Source: Clostridiales bacterium
GTDB taxonomy: Bacteria; Bacillota; Clostridia; Oscillospirales; CAG-272
Assembly: GCA_022793655.1 (NCBI GenBank)
Contig: JAAWDG010000011.1
Location: 37,729-101,728, forward strand
DNA length: 64,000 nucleotides
Direction: 5' to 3'
This document shows positions 8,400-18,540 of this stretch, one piece after another; position 1 is the first letter of the stretch, and each line of letters opens with the position of its first letter. Under the pieces are notes generated by a model. The model did no database searches and had not been told where the DNA came from. It saw nothing but the letters and a program-made list of their open reading frames with translations. Both the position numbers and the translations under genes were made by a program.

Positions 8400-8969
8400 A
8401 TGAAAGCACTGGAAAAGAGAATATCTGAGGAAGGCGAGGCACTTTCATCAAATGTTTTGAAAGTGGGCTCTTTTTTAAATCAAAAAATTGACACAGCCTT
8501 TATGTTTGAAATGGGACAAGAAATTGCCTGTTTATACAAAAATGAGCCGATTACTAAAATTATAACGATCGAGGCATCTGGTATTGCCCTTGCATTAGCG
8601 GCGGCGTACTATATGAAGGTTCCGGTTGTCTTTGCGAAAAAAAGCAAGACAAGCAATGTGTCGGGCGAGGTTTATAGGGCGGCTATTCATTCTTTTACGC
8701 ATAACTGTGATTATAATGCCGTTATTCCCAAAGCGTATCTTTCATCAGATGATACCGTATTAATCGTAGATGATTTTTTGGCCGATGGCAATGCGGTGAT
8801 TGGTTTAGCCAGCATGATTGGACAAGCAGGGGCGGCGCTTGCTGGTGCGGCCATTGGGATTGAAAAAGGTTTTCAAGGGGGTGGCGACGCCCTTCGCGCA
8901 AAAGGCGTGCGAGTGGAAAGTTTAGCCATCATTGAAAAAATGGAGCCGAATAAAATTGTTTACCGGTAA
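8400..8969 (+). CDS. xpt: xanthine phosphoribosyltransferase
   Basis: LKVGSFLNQKID, TIEASGI, VLIVDDFLADG, IEKGFQGG. Confidence 0.93.
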   Translation: MKALEKRISEEGEALSSNVLKVGSFLNQKIDTAFMFEMGQEIACLYKNEPITKIITIEASGIALALAAAYYMKVPVVFAKKSKTSNVSGEVYRAAIHSFTHNCDYNAVIPKAYLSSDDTVLIVDDFLADGNAVIGLASMIGQAGAALAGAAIGIEKGFQGGGDALRAKGVRVESLAIIEKMEPNKIVYR

Positions 8970-9016
8970 GGTAAGCATGATTTTATAAAATATTGCCTAA
9001 AGGCAGGAGGAAAAAC

Positions 9017-10291
9017 ATGAAAAGACTGATTTCGTTTTTACTGGTTCTTGCAGTTGCCATTACAGCAGGCATGGCTTTGTCTGGCTGCGGCAACAAAGAG
9101 AATCAAGAGGGAGAGGGCCAGACTAATCCGTCTGAGGTGCAGAAAGATCTCAAAATAGGCGCTATTTTGCTTGGCGATGAAAACGAGGGTTATACCTATG
9201 CGCATATCGAAGGTATTCGAACTGCAGCAGCAGCGCTGAACATTCCAGAGGATCAAATTATTTTCTATTATAATATTCCGGAATCGGATGAATGCTATGA
9301 TACAGCTGTTAAATTAGTAGAAGCTGGTTGCAACCTGATTCTCTCGAACAGCTATGGTCACCAAACTTATATGCAGGAAGTAGCAGAGACCTATAAGGAT
9401 GAGGATATTACTTTTATTGCAATGACCGGTGATACAGCAAAGAAGAGCGGTCTTGCACATTTTAAGAATGCATTTACAAAGATCTATGAATCAAGATATG
9501 TGTCTGGCGTTGCTGCCGGCATGAAAATTGCCGAACTGGTTAAAGACGGTAAACTTACCGACAAAAACTATGATGCAGACGGCAATGTTAAAATTGGTTA
9601 TGTAGGCGCACATCCGTTTGCCGAAGTGGTTTCCGGTTACACCGCTTTCTATTTAGGTGTAAAGAGTGTGTTTGAAGATGTGGTTATGGAAGTATCCTAT
9701 ACCAACTCTTGGTTTGATATTATTGAAGAGGGCGCAGCGGCCGAAGCTATGGTTTCGGATGGTTGTGTTATCATTGGTCAGCATGCCGATTCTACCGGTG
9801 CGCCGGCGGCTGTTCAGGCCTTGAATCAAGCAGGCACAGTTTGTTATAGTGTTGGTTACAATATCAGCATGTTAGAGGTGGCGCCTGACGCCGCGCTCGT
9901 TTCGGCAACCAACAACTGGGCTGTTTATTATGAATATGCGTTTGGCCAAATGTTAAAGGGTGAAGAAATTGATACAAACTGGGCCGAAGGTTATGAAAAA
10001 GATGCTGTTAGAACAACAGAGCTTGGCACAGCCTGTGCAGAGGGCACTAAAGAAAAGATTGAAGAAGTAGAGAAAGCCCTGAAAGAGGGAACACTGCATG
10101 TGTTTGATACTTCTAAATTCACAGTTGGCGGTGAAACAGTTACTTCTGCTTTTGCTACTGATACGGATGGAGATTTTGTGAACGATGCTGATGAGGCGAT
10201 TATTGATGGTTATTATCATGAGTCTTATTTCCAGGCGGCACCTTCTTTCTCCCTGCGGATTGATGGTATTACAGAGTTAACTAAAAATTAA
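9017..10291 (+). CDS. BMP-family ABC substrate-binding lipoprotein (nucleoside/purine)
   Basis: signal peptide with LSGC lipobox; GYTYAH, GYVGAHPFAEV, QHADS motifs; GGAGG RBS. Confidence 0.9.
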   Translation: MKRLISFLLVLAVAITAGMALSGCGNKENQEGEGQTNPSEVQKDLKIGAILLGDENEGYTYAHIEGIRTAAAALNIPEDQIIFYYNIPESDECYDTAVKLVEAGCNLILSNSYGHQTYMQEVAETYKDEDITFIAMTGDTAKKSGLAHFKNAFTKIYESRYVSGVAAGMKIAELVKDGKLTDKNYDADGNVKIGYVGAHPFAEVVSGYTAFYLGVKSVFEDVVMEVSYTNSWFDIIEEGAAAEAMVSDGCVIIGQHADSTGAPAAVQALNQAGTVCYSVGYNISMLEVAPDAALVSATNNWAVYYEYAFGQMLKGEEIDTNWAEGYEKDAVRTTELGTACAEGTKEKIEEVEKALKEGTLHVFDTSKFTVGGETVTSAFATDTDGDFVNDADEAIIDGYYHESYFQAAPSFSLRIDGITELTKN

Positions 10292-10313
10292 ATAGAGAAG
10301 TGAAATTCGAAGT

Positions 10314-10346
10314 GTGACGGAAGCTGCCATCAGCAGCTTCCGTCAC
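10314..10346 (+). other. strong intercistronic hairpin after the binding-protein gene
   Basis: GTGACGGAAGCTGC-catca-GCAGCTTCCGTCAC, 14-bp perfect stem; probable mRNA stabiliser or attenuator. Confidence 0.6.
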
Positions 10347-10423
10347 CGGATTTCTAACCTTTTGTTTGTATAAGAGGCGAGAGGAACTCTCGCTTGTTCT
10401 ATGAGCAAAAGCAAAGGAAGTGA

Positions 10424-12043
10424 GTGGAAATGGAACAGTCAATTGCGGTGCAGATGCAGCATATAAGCAAACGGTTTGGCGCCGTGCAGGCCAACCATCA
10501 GGTGACGCTTGAAATTAAGCGTGGAGAGATTCTTTCGCTGCTTGGTGAAAACGGAAGTGGCAAGACCACGCTTATGAATATGCTGGCAGGTATATATTAT
10601 CCCGACAGCGGCGAAATCTATGTCAATGGTCAAAAAGCCTCGATTCGTTCACCAAAAGATGCACTGGCGCTGGGCATAGGTATGATTCATCAGCATTATA
10701 AGTTAGTGGATGTATTTACCGCTGCCGAAAACATAGTACTTGGACTCAAAGAATCGCTTAATAAACGGCAGATTATAGAAAAAATTCAATCAATATGTGA
10801 AAAATATGGGTTTCAGATCGATCCGAATCAAAAAGTGTATAATATGTCTGTTTCTGAAAAACAGACATTAGAAATAGTCAAGGTGTTATATCGCGGTGCT
10901 GATATTTTGATTTTGGATGAACCAACGGCCGTGCTGACCCCGCAGGAGGCTGAGCGGTTATTCACCGTGATCCGCAACATGCGGGATGATCGAAAGGCCG
11001 TTGTGATTATTACCCATAAACTGCAAGAGGTGCTTTCGGTTTCTGACCGTGTGGCTATTCTTCGTAAAGGGGAATATGTTGGAACCGTGAAAACCAAAGA
11101 GGCTACTGAGCTTTCACTGACCGAAATGATGGTGGGCAAAAAAGTAGCATTAGATATAACGCGTACACAGGTCAAACAAAAACAACTTCGTTTGCAAGTG
11201 GAAAATTTGAGCTGTTATAATCAAGAAGGTATCAAGGCGTTAGATAATGTTAGCTTTGACATATACAGTGGTGAGATTCTTGGTGTTGCCGGTATTTCAG
11301 GCTGTGGGCAAAAGGAACTCTTAGAAACGGTTGCCGGTCTTACACCGCCCGCAGAGGGCAGTACGATTACCTATTATCCGCCGAGAGAACAACCGCCAAA
11401 GTCGCTTATTGGCTTAAGCCCTAAAAAGATCAGACAAAATGGTATAGCGCTTTCTTTTGTTCCTGAGGATCGCTTGGGTATGGGTCTTGTGGGCAGTATG
11501 GGTATGTCCGACAACATGATGTTAAAAAATTATGGACAAGGTCGACCGTTTTTCACTTCTTCCAAAGCGCCGAAGGCCTTGGCCGAGAAGATTCGCGATG
11601 AGCTTGAGGTGGTTACACCGGGTATTAGTACGCCGGTGCGCCGTCTTTCAGGCGGAAATGTGCAAAAAGTGCTGGTGGGACGCGAAATTGCAGCAGAACC
11701 AACCGTGTTAATGACCGCCTATGCGGTGCGCGGGTTAGATATTCACACGTCTTACACAATTTATCATTTGTTGGACGAGCAAAAGAAAAAGGGTGTCGCT
11801 GTTCTTTATGTGGGAGAGGATTTAGACGTTTTGTTGGCCCTTTGTGACCGCATCATGGTGCTCTGTGCGGGGCAGGTGACTGGCATTGTGGATGCCAAAT
11901 CGACCACGAAAGAAGAACTTGGCTTGTTGATGACAGGGCAAAGAAATGATACCCAGGAATTATCAGATACATGTGAGCAAGACAAAGGCAATCATCTGCA
12001 ACAGCAAACCCAGCAAGATGAGCAGAAAGGGGAAGTAGAATGA
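10424..12043 (+). CDS. nucleoside ABC transporter ATP-binding protein (two NBDs)
   Basis: GENGSGKT, LILDEPT, LSGGNVQK. Confidence 0.93.
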   Translation: MEMEQSIAVQMQHISKRFGAVQANHQVTLEIKRGEILSLLGENGSGKTTLMNMLAGIYYPDSGEIYVNGQKASIRSPKDALALGIGMIHQHYKLVDVFTAAENIVLGLKESLNKRQIIEKIQSICEKYGFQIDPNQKVYNMSVSEKQTLEIVKVLYRGADILILDEPTAVLTPQEAERLFTVIRNMRDDRKAVVIITHKLQEVLSVSDRVAILRKGEYVGTVKTKEATELSLTEMMVGKKVALDITRTQVKQKQLRLQVENLSCYNQEGIKALDNVSFDIYSGEILGVAGISGCGQKELLETVAGLTPPAEGSTITYYPPREQPPKSLIGLSPKKIRQNGIALSFVPEDRLGMGLVGSMGMSDNMMLKNYGQGRPFFTSSKAPKALAEKIRDELEVVTPGISTPVRRLSGGNVQKVLVGREIAAEPTVLMTAYAVRGLDIHTSYTIYHLLDEQKKKGVAVLYVGEDLDVLLALCDRIMVLCAGQVTGIVDAKSTTKEELGLLMTGQRNDTQELSDTCEQDKGNHLQQQTQQDEQKGEVE

Positions 12044-13215
12044 AAAAGGATAAACAAAAATCCGTATTGGCTAAAGAACCGCTTTTTCGCCTTTCTCGCC
12101 GGGCGCAGATGGTTTGGTATAAAGCGTGGTTGATTCGTGCTGTGGCTTTGTGTATCGCTTTAATACTAAGCGCGCTTTTGATATATGCGATCACGAAAAT
12201 GAATCCGTTCAAAGTATATGGCACCATGTTGAAAGGTGCTTTTGGTGATTCACTGTTTGTTAAGAGGGCCGGCCACCTGTCATTAAACCGTACGGCATGG
12301 ACTACCCTTAGGGATGTCATGACCCTTCTTTGCATCAGCGTGGGTCTGGCGCCTGCTTTTAAAATGCGCTTTTGGAACTGTGGTGCCGAGGGACAAGTGT
12401 TAGTGGGCGGTATCGCTACCGCGGGCATTATGATCTATTTTGGCGGCACGCTGCCTACCCCCTTGCTCTTTGCTTGTATGGCCGGTGCCAGCCTTTTGGC
12501 CGGCGCGGTGTGGGGGCTGATTCCAGCCTTGTTTAAGGCGAAATGGAATACAAATGAGACCCTTTTCACACTCATGATGAATTATATCGCCATTCAGCTT
12601 ACCTCTTATTTTGTAGCGATGTGGGAAAATCCATATGGCTCGAATACGGTAGGGGTAATTAATCGAGATACCAAGATTGGCTGGCTGCCTAATTTTTTCT
12701 CGTCCGGTGCTAATAACGATTTTATGTGGAATGTAATCATTGTCAGCGCGCTCACGATTGCCATGTTTATCTATTTAAAGAAAAGCAAGCAGGGGTACGA
12801 GATCGCCGTTGTAGGTGAAAGTGAGAATACGGCAAAATACGCGGGTATTAACGTGAAAAAAGTGATCATTCGCACCATGTTGCTTTCAGGAGCCGTGTGT
12901 GGTTTGGCCGGTTTTATTGCAGTGAGTGGTTCAAGTCATACCATTTCGACTGCTACCGCAGGGGGGCGTGGCTTTACAGCGATCATTGTGGCATGGCTTT
13001 CTAAATTCAATACCTTCGTTATGGCATTTGCCTCTCTTTTAATTGTGTTTTTGGAGACAGGCGCAAATGAAATTGCTTCTCAGTATAATTTTAATACCTA
13101 TGCTTCTAAGATGGTAGAGGGCATTATTCTTTTCTTTATTATCGGTTGTGAGTTTTTTATACAGTATAAGGTGCATTTGCGTGTGAAGCGTGATACTAAG
13201 GAGGTGGCCGACTAA
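12040..13215 (+). CDS. nucleoside ABC transporter permease
   Basis: FWNCGAEGQ, NETLFTLMMNYIA, GFTAIIVAWL. Confidence 0.9.
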   Translation: MKKDKQKSVLAKEPLFRLSRRAQMVWYKAWLIRAVALCIALILSALLIYAITKMNPFKVYGTMLKGAFGDSLFVKRAGHLSLNRTAWTTLRDVMTLLCISVGLAPAFKMRFWNCGAEGQVLVGGIATAGIMIYFGGTLPTPLLFACMAGASLLAGAVWGLIPALFKAKWNTNETLFTLMMNYIAIQLTSYFVAMWENPYGSNTVGVINRDTKIGWLPNFFSSGANNDFMWNVIIVSALTIAMFIYLKKSKQGYEIAVVGESENTAKYAGINVKKVIIRTMLLSGAVCGLAGFIAVSGSSHTISTATAGGRGFTAIIVAWLSKFNTFVMAFASLLIVFLETGANEIASQYNFNTYASKMVEGIILFFIIGCEFFIQYKVHLRVKRDTKEVAD

Positions 13216-14342
13216 TGGATTCTATCATTGCGTGGCTGCAAGCAGCTATTGCTTTTGGTACGGTAATTTTATTTGGATGCATGGGCGAAATTTTAACCGA
13301 GCGTTCGGGCAATTTGAATTTGGGCGTACCAGGACTTATGTATTTTGGCGGTATTGCCTCTTTAACGGGCGTGTTTTTATATCAGAATGCGGTGCAGGCG
13401 GCTATTCAAGCGCAAATAGAGGCTTTTACTGCCACAGGCGGCGCAGCACAGGATTGGCGCCCAACGGGAATGTTTTCGCTTTTGGTTCAGCAAAATGCTT
13501 CTGCCTCGGCTACACAATATTGGGATGCTAATGGCGTGCTTGGCATAGTGATTGCCTTGGTGTGTGGTTTTAGCGCGGCGGCGCTTGGAGGTTTGCTCTA
13601 TAGCTTTATTACCATTACGCTGCGGGCCAACCAAAATGTGACTGGCTTGACACTGACTATTTTTGGCACTGGCGTAGCTAACTTTTTTGGCGGTTCGCTC
13701 GTAAAACTCTCGGGCGGTGTGGGACAAATTTCGGTGGCAACCACCAGCCAGGCTTTCAGAACAGGCTTGCCTTGGCTTTCTTCACAAGGCGTCATTGGTA
13801 AAGTGCTTTTTTCGTATGGATTTTTGGTATATGCGGCGGTTATTTTGGCGATATTGCTTCATCTCTTTTTGTTTAAAACGCGCAAGGGCCTCAATTTACG
13901 AGCTGTTGGCGAAAATCCGGCTACAGCCGATGCAGCAGGGCTTTCCATTACCAAGCATAAATATTTGGCCACCTGCCTTGGCGCTGGTATTACAGGCCTT
14001 GGCGGAGTCTATTATGTCATGGACTATATTAAGGGGACTTGGGCGAATGACGGCACCATTGAAAAACTTGGCTGGTTAGCCGTGGCGCTGGTTATTTTTG
14101 CTACATGGAAATCGGTGCATGCTATTTGGGGCGCCTATGTTTTTGGATTTTTGTATTGGGCTTATTATTACGTGCCAAAGGTGTTCCCGTTTATTCAACT
14201 TTCCCGAAAAAGCAGCGAGTTATTTAACATGCTGCCCTATGCCGTGACGATTTTGGTTCTGATTGTGGTGAGTTTACGCCGTAAAAAAGAAAATCAAGGG
14301 CCGGGTTCTTTGGGTTTACCTTATTTTAGAGAAGAACGATAA
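13215..14342 (+). CDS. nucleoside ABC transporter permease
   Basis: GEILTERSGNLNLGVPG, LRAVGENP, MLPY, PGSLGLPY. Confidence 0.9.
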   Translation: MDSIIAWLQAAIAFGTVILFGCMGEILTERSGNLNLGVPGLMYFGGIASLTGVFLYQNAVQAAIQAQIEAFTATGGAAQDWRPTGMFSLLVQQNASASATQYWDANGVLGIVIALVCGFSAAALGGLLYSFITITLRANQNVTGLTLTIFGTGVANFFGGSLVKLSGGVGQISVATTSQAFRTGLPWLSSQGVIGKVLFSYGFLVYAAVILAILLHLFLFKTRKGLNLRAVGENPATADAAGLSITKHKYLATCLGAGITGLGGVYYVMDYIKGTWANDGTIEKLGWLAVALVIFATWKSVHAIWGAYVFGFLYWAYYYVPKVFPFIQLSRKSSELFNMLPYAVTILVLIVVSLRRKKENQGPGSLGLPYFREER

Positions 14343-14362
14343 TATATTTTAACTTTAGCCAG

Positions 14363-14400
14363 GCAAGAAGCGATTGTTAAGACCGCTTCTTGCTTTTTCT
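14363..14400 (+). terminator. intrinsic terminator of nucleoside ABC operon
   Basis: GCAAGAAGCG..CGCTTCTTGC followed by TTTTT. Confidence 0.75.
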
Positions 14401-14429
14401 TTCCCCCTTTTATTACCAATTCATTTTTT

Positions 14430-14459
14430 GTTTATGCTTTGTACCTGCCGTCAATACTT
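14430..14459 (+). promoter_or_regulatory. putative forespore (sigma-F/sigma-G) promoter of sigG
   Basis: GTTTA-15 nt-GTCAATACTT resembles the GYWTA..GGNMAWACTR consensus. Confidence 0.45.
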
Positions 14460-14485
14460 GTTATAGTAACCTTTGGGAGTGTAAC

Positions 14486-15280
14486 ATGTATTATAGCAAG
14501 GTAGAAATATGCGGGGTGAATACGGCGAAACTGCCGACTTTAACCGATAAAGAGAAAATAGAATTGCTGCAAAAAGCGCAGTCCGGCGATGAGTGTGCCA
14601 GAGAACGGTTGATCAGCGGAAACTTGCGATTGGTGCTGTCTGTGATACAGCGTTTTTCGGCACGGGGTGAAAATCCAGATGATTTATTTCAAGTGGGTTG
14701 CGTAGGGCTGATTAAATCCATTGACAATTTTAATACTGAATTAGATGTAAAATTCTCAACTTATGCCGTACCAATGATTATTGGCGAGATTCGGCGTTAT
14801 TTGCGGGATAATAATTCCATTCGCGTCAGCCGATCAGTGCGTGATTTAGCCTACCGCGCGTTAAGTGCGCGGGATGTATTGTCTAAAAAGATGGCGAAGG
14901 AGCCGACCGTAGAGGAAATTACCAAACAAATTATAGAAGAAGGGTTCGATTGTACGTCAGAGGATGTCGCTGCAGCCTTAGAGGCGATTATTGAACCGGT
15001 TTCGTTGTTTGATCCTGTCTATAACGATGGTTCTTCTGGCGAGACGCTCTATGTGATGGATCAAGTCAAAGACGCCGAGAATACCGATGAAAGCTGGCTT
15101 GAGAATATTGCTATTAATGAAGCTATGAAAAAATTGGGCGAGCGGGAGCGTTCAATCATTGACAAACGCTATTATAAGGGAAAAACACAAATGGAAATTG
15201 CCGATGAAATGGGCATTTCCCAAGCGCAGGTTTCCAGATTAGAAAAAGGGGCGCTTTCACGTATTCGCAAAAGTCTGTAG
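14486..15280 (+). CDS. sigG: sporulation sigma factor SigG
   Basis: KVEICGVNTAKLP N-terminus, DDLFQVGCVGLIKSIDNF, GKTQMEIADEMGISQAQVSRLEK; start from GGGAG RBS. Confidence 0.95.
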   Translation: MYYSKVEICGVNTAKLPTLTDKEKIELLQKAQSGDECARERLISGNLRLVLSVIQRFSARGENPDDLFQVGCVGLIKSIDNFNTELDVKFSTYAVPMIIGEIRRYLRDNNSIRVSRSVRDLAYRALSARDVLSKKMAKEPTVEEITKQIIEEGFDCTSEDVAAALEAIIEPVSLFDPVYNDGSSGETLYVMDQVKDAENTDESWLENIAINEAMKKLGERERSIIDKRYYKGKTQMEIADEMGISQAQVSRLEKGALSRIRKSL

Positions 15281-15282
15281 TC

Positions 15283-15311
15283 TTGACAGGGAATCCAAAA
15301 TAGCATATAAT
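15283..15311 (+). promoter_or_regulatory. sigma-A promoter of coaX-ECF operon
   Basis: TTGACA-17 nt-TATAAT. Confidence 0.75.
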
Positions 15312-15331
15312 AAGAAAAAAAGAGGCTGCTA

Positions 15332-16153
15332 ATGGAATCAGCCTCTTCTTTGAGTAAGAAAGCGAATGAAAGCATGATTTTTGCAGCGGATATTGGCAAT
15401 TCCAGCATTTCGGTGGGGATTTATACGCAAGAGGGTACCCTTGCGCTGAGTTTTAAACTCTCTTGTGACCGTGCTAAAAGTGAAGATGAATATGCGGTCA
15501 TGCTGAAAAATATCTTTGATATCTATGCTTTTGAGCAAACATTGGTGCATCATGTCATTATCGGCTCGGTTGTGCCGGCGCTTACGTTTGTGCTTTGCTC
15601 GGCGACACAAAAATTGTTTAAAGGCGTAAGGCCGCTTGTGGTGGGGCCAGGCATTAAAACTTCGCTTGATATCAAAGTGGATCATCCGTCTGAATTAGGA
15701 GCCGATATTGTGGCGAATGCGGTGGCGGCTATCAAGCGCTTTCCCGCCCCGATTGCGATTGTCGATTTGGGCACAGCGACTACGGTTACCGTCATTAACA
15801 AGAAAAAGCAGCTCACCGATGTGTTTATTTACCCGGGTGTTCAGTCATCCCTTCGTGCGGTGAGCAGTGACGCGGCCGAGTTGCCGCAGATTGCTTTGTC
15901 GGAACCGAAAGCTTTTGCGGGTAAAAACACAGCGGTGAGTATGAATGCAGGTATTTTATATGCCAATGCCTTTGCCGTAGATGGCTTTATAAAGAAAATA
16001 AAATTGACTTATCAGATGGAGAAACTCAGTGTAGTGGCCACCGGCGGCATGGCTGAACTTGTGACGCCGATTTGCGAAACACTCGTTACGGTGCGTAAGC
16101 ATTTAACCTTAAAAGGACTCTACTATATTTACTTAAAAAACAGTACAAACTGA
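15332..16153 (+). CDS. coaX: type III pantothenate kinase (true start may be ATG 15374)
   Basis: ADIGNS, GSVVP, ELGADIVAN, VDLGTATT, VATGG. Confidence 0.93.
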   Translation: MESASSLSKKANESMIFAADIGNSSISVGIYTQEGTLALSFKLSCDRAKSEDEYAVMLKNIFDIYAFEQTLVHHVIIGSVVPALTFVLCSATQKLFKGVRPLVVGPGIKTSLDIKVDHPSELGADIVANAVAAIKRFPAPIAIVDLGTATTVTVINKKKQLTDVFIYPGVQSSLRAVSSDAAELPQIALSEPKAFAGKNTAVSMNAGILYANAFAVDGFIKKIKLTYQMEKLSVVATGGMAELVTPICETLVTVRKHLTLKGLYYIYLKNSTN

Positions 16154-16248
16154 CTGAAGCTGCACCCAGTGGGGCGGTATTTGGTCTTTTGTAAATAAAT
16201 TTTTGTACGCTGTATCCAGAAAGTGGAACGGCAGTAAGGAGGCCTATT

Positions 16249-16836
16249 ATGGCAACAAACACACAAGCAAAAACAATGAAAATGGTGCAGATGGCACTGC
16301 TCGCCGCGATTGTGGTGGTATTGCAGCTGTTAAGCTACTCCATCAAACTGGGGACGTTTAATTTGACGTTGGTTTTAATCCCTGTGGTATTAGGCGCTGT
16401 TTTGTTTGGCCCAAAAGAAGGGGCGTTTTTAGGCGGCGTTTTTGGGGTGGTCGTATTGATCGCCTGTATTTCCGGCATGGATGCCGGCGGTAATATACTG
16501 TGGAATGTCAATCCCTTTTTAACAGCCGTTGTTTGTATACTAAAGGGCGCAGCAGGCGGTCTTGTTTCTGCCTTAGTTTATCGGGCACTGTCTAAAACAA
16601 ATGATTTTGTAGGAACTATGGCAGCGGCGATCGTGTGTCCGGTTGTGAATACAGGTTTATTTTGTCTTTGCCTGTTTCTCTTTTTCCGTGATACGCTTAC
16701 GGCTTGGGCCGGTGGAAACGATCTTGTGACTTATATTTTTGTTTCTTTAATTGGCGTTAACTTTTTGATTGAACTCGGCGTGAACGTTGTGTTTGGACCG
16801 GCGATTAAAACAATCTTAAAAGCAATTAAAAAATGA
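16249..16836 (+). CDS. ECF transporter S component, PanT-like (probably pantothenate)
   Basis: hydrophobic, LTLVLIPVVLGA..GPKEGAFLG, VVNTG motifs; adjacent to coaX. Confidence 0.75.
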   Translation: MATNTQAKTMKMVQMALLAAIVVVLQLLSYSIKLGTFNLTLVLIPVVLGAVLFGPKEGAFLGGVFGVVVLIACISGMDAGGNILWNVNPFLTAVVCILKGAAGGLVSALVYRALSKTNDFVGTMAAAIVCPVVNTGLFCLCLFLFFRDTLTAWAGGNDLVTYIFVSLIGVNFLIELGVNVVFGPAIKTILKAIKK

Positions 16837-16968
16837 GATTGACTTGAAAAAATTTACATGAATAAGCGGCAGGAAAATGTCCTGCCGTTTATTTTCTCTG
16901 TTTACATAAATATACAGATGTGGCTAACCGTATGTAAATACGAGAACCAAAAGAAAATGGGAGGAGCC

Positions 16969-17463
16969 GTGGAAAAAATAATTGTGATTGGATGTCCTGG
17001 TGCAGGCAAAAGCACTTTTGCCAGAGGTTTAAGAGAGCGAACAGGGCTGCCTCTCTATTATTTAGATAGGATCTGGCATAAGCCAGACCGCACCAATGTG
17101 TCAAGAGAAGAATTTGACGCACAGCTGAAAACGATGATAGCAGGGGAGCGGTGGATTATTGACGGCAATTATATACGCACGATGGAAATGCGTCTCGAAG
17201 CGTGCGATACGGTGTTTTTCTTAGATTATCCGCTTGCGCTTTGTCTGGCGGGTGTAGAGGCTCGTATTGGCAAGCCGCGGGAGGATATGCCCTGGATAGA
17301 AACAGAATTTGATGAAGAGTTCAAACAATGGATACTTGATTTTTCTGAAACGCAACGGCCAAAGATCATGGATTTAATAGCAAAATATCAAAAAGAGAAA
17401 CATATTATGATTTTTACTTCCAGAGAAGAGGCGGATCAATATTTAACTGCATTATTATCGTAA
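16969..17463 (+). CDS. adenylate-kinase-like P-loop protein (FlaR/topology modulation family)
   Basis: KIIVIGCPGAGKST, WIIDGNY; GTG start after GGAGG. Confidence 0.82.
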   Translation: MEKIIVIGCPGAGKSTFARGLRERTGLPLYYLDRIWHKPDRTNVSREEFDAQLKTMIAGERWIIDGNYIRTMEMRLEACDTVFFLDYPLALCLAGVEARIGKPREDMPWIETEFDEEFKQWILDFSETQRPKIMDLIAKYQKEKHIMIFTSREEADQYLTALLS

Positions 17464-17465
17464 AC

Positions 17466-17496
17466 AAAAAAGACGCTTTTAAAAAGCGTCTTTTTT
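17466..17496. terminator. bidirectional terminator
   Basis: AAAAAAGACGCTTTT-a-AAAAGCGTCTTTTTT between convergent genes. Confidence 0.8.
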
Positions 17497-17507
17497 ATGG
17501 GATTTTA

Positions 17508-18371
17508 TTACCGTACCGAACCATAATAGAATAAAGCTAACGTGCCGGGTCCTGAGTGTGCGCCGATGACTGGTCCTACCGGATTAATTTCGATGCGCTC
17601 GGGATGAAAATGCTCCTCAATCATGTCGGCTAAGCTCTGCGCGTCCTCGATACAATCGCCGTGTGAAATGAAAACGGTTTTGTACTTTTCCATACGGGCG
17701 GTTTCTTTCATTTTGTCAAACATGGCGATAATCGATTGTTTTCGCCCTCTGGCTTTCCCAATATTGATGAGCCGTCCCTCGTCGTCTACATGCAAAACTG
17801 GCTTAACGCCCAACATGGAACCAACAATCGCCGTCGCTGCGTTGACGCGTCCACCTCTTTTTAAGAAAAACAGATCGTCCACCGTAAACTGGTGACAGAT
17901 ATGCAGTTTGTTTTCTTCACAAAAACGGGATACTTCGTCAATTTCGCATCCTTCATCTCTCATTTTGGCTGCATAATAGATGAGCAGGCCTTGCCCTAAA
18001 GAGGCGCATAAGGAATCAACCGTGCAGATTTTACGGTCGGGAAATTCAGACGCCAGCTCATCGGCGGCTAATTTACCATTATTGTAGGTGGCTGAGAGGG
18101 CAGAGGAAAAGCCGATATATAAAATATCGTTGCCGGATTCAAGGCTTTTTTTCATTTCGTCTTTAAAACATCCCATGTTTACAGCAGAGGTCTTGGCGCT
18201 TTTCTTGTTTCTGAGTTCGGCATAAAACTGTTTAATATCGACCTGATCATTTGGCTTTGCCGGCTGGTCTTCTACAATGACATCTAACTGCAATACATGT
18301 AAAGACAATTCTTGAATCATTTCTTGGCTCATATCGCAGGAAGAATCGGTAAAAATTTCGAATTTGTTCAT
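17508..18371 (-). CDS. DegV family fatty-acid-binding protein
   Basis: TDSSCD, KTSAVN, SSALSATY, LKRGGR, VIGAHSGPG. Confidence 0.93.
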   Translation of the reverse strand: MNKFEIFTDSSCDMSQEMIQELSLHVLQLDVIVEDQPAKPNDQVDIKQFYAELRNKKSAKTSAVNMGCFKDEMKKSLESGNDILYIGFSSALSATYNNGKLAADELASEFPDRKICTVDSLCASLGQGLLIYYAAKMRDEGCEIDEVSRFCEENKLHICHQFTVDDLFFLKRGGRVNAATAIVGSMLGVKPVLHVDDEGRLINIGKARGRKQSIIAMFDKMKETARMEKYKTVFISHGDCIEDAQSLADMIEEHFHPERIEINPVGPVIGAHSGPGTLALFYYGSVR

Positions 18372-18540
18372 AGGCGTAAAGTCCTTTCTGTGAAATATAG
18401 TGATTGAAAAAACAGAATATTTATGGTAAGATAATTATAATATATTATGCGGTTTTGATTCAATAACAATTTTGTAAAATCGCTCTATTTTAGCAAAGAG
18501 AGTTTCTACTGATGGTAGAATGCGGTGATATAAGGAAATA

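Noticed and set aside
11853-12428. Long antisense ORFs inside genes (also 36326-36859, 26565-27014)
   Set aside because: Shadow frames of well-supported genes with no recognisable motifs.
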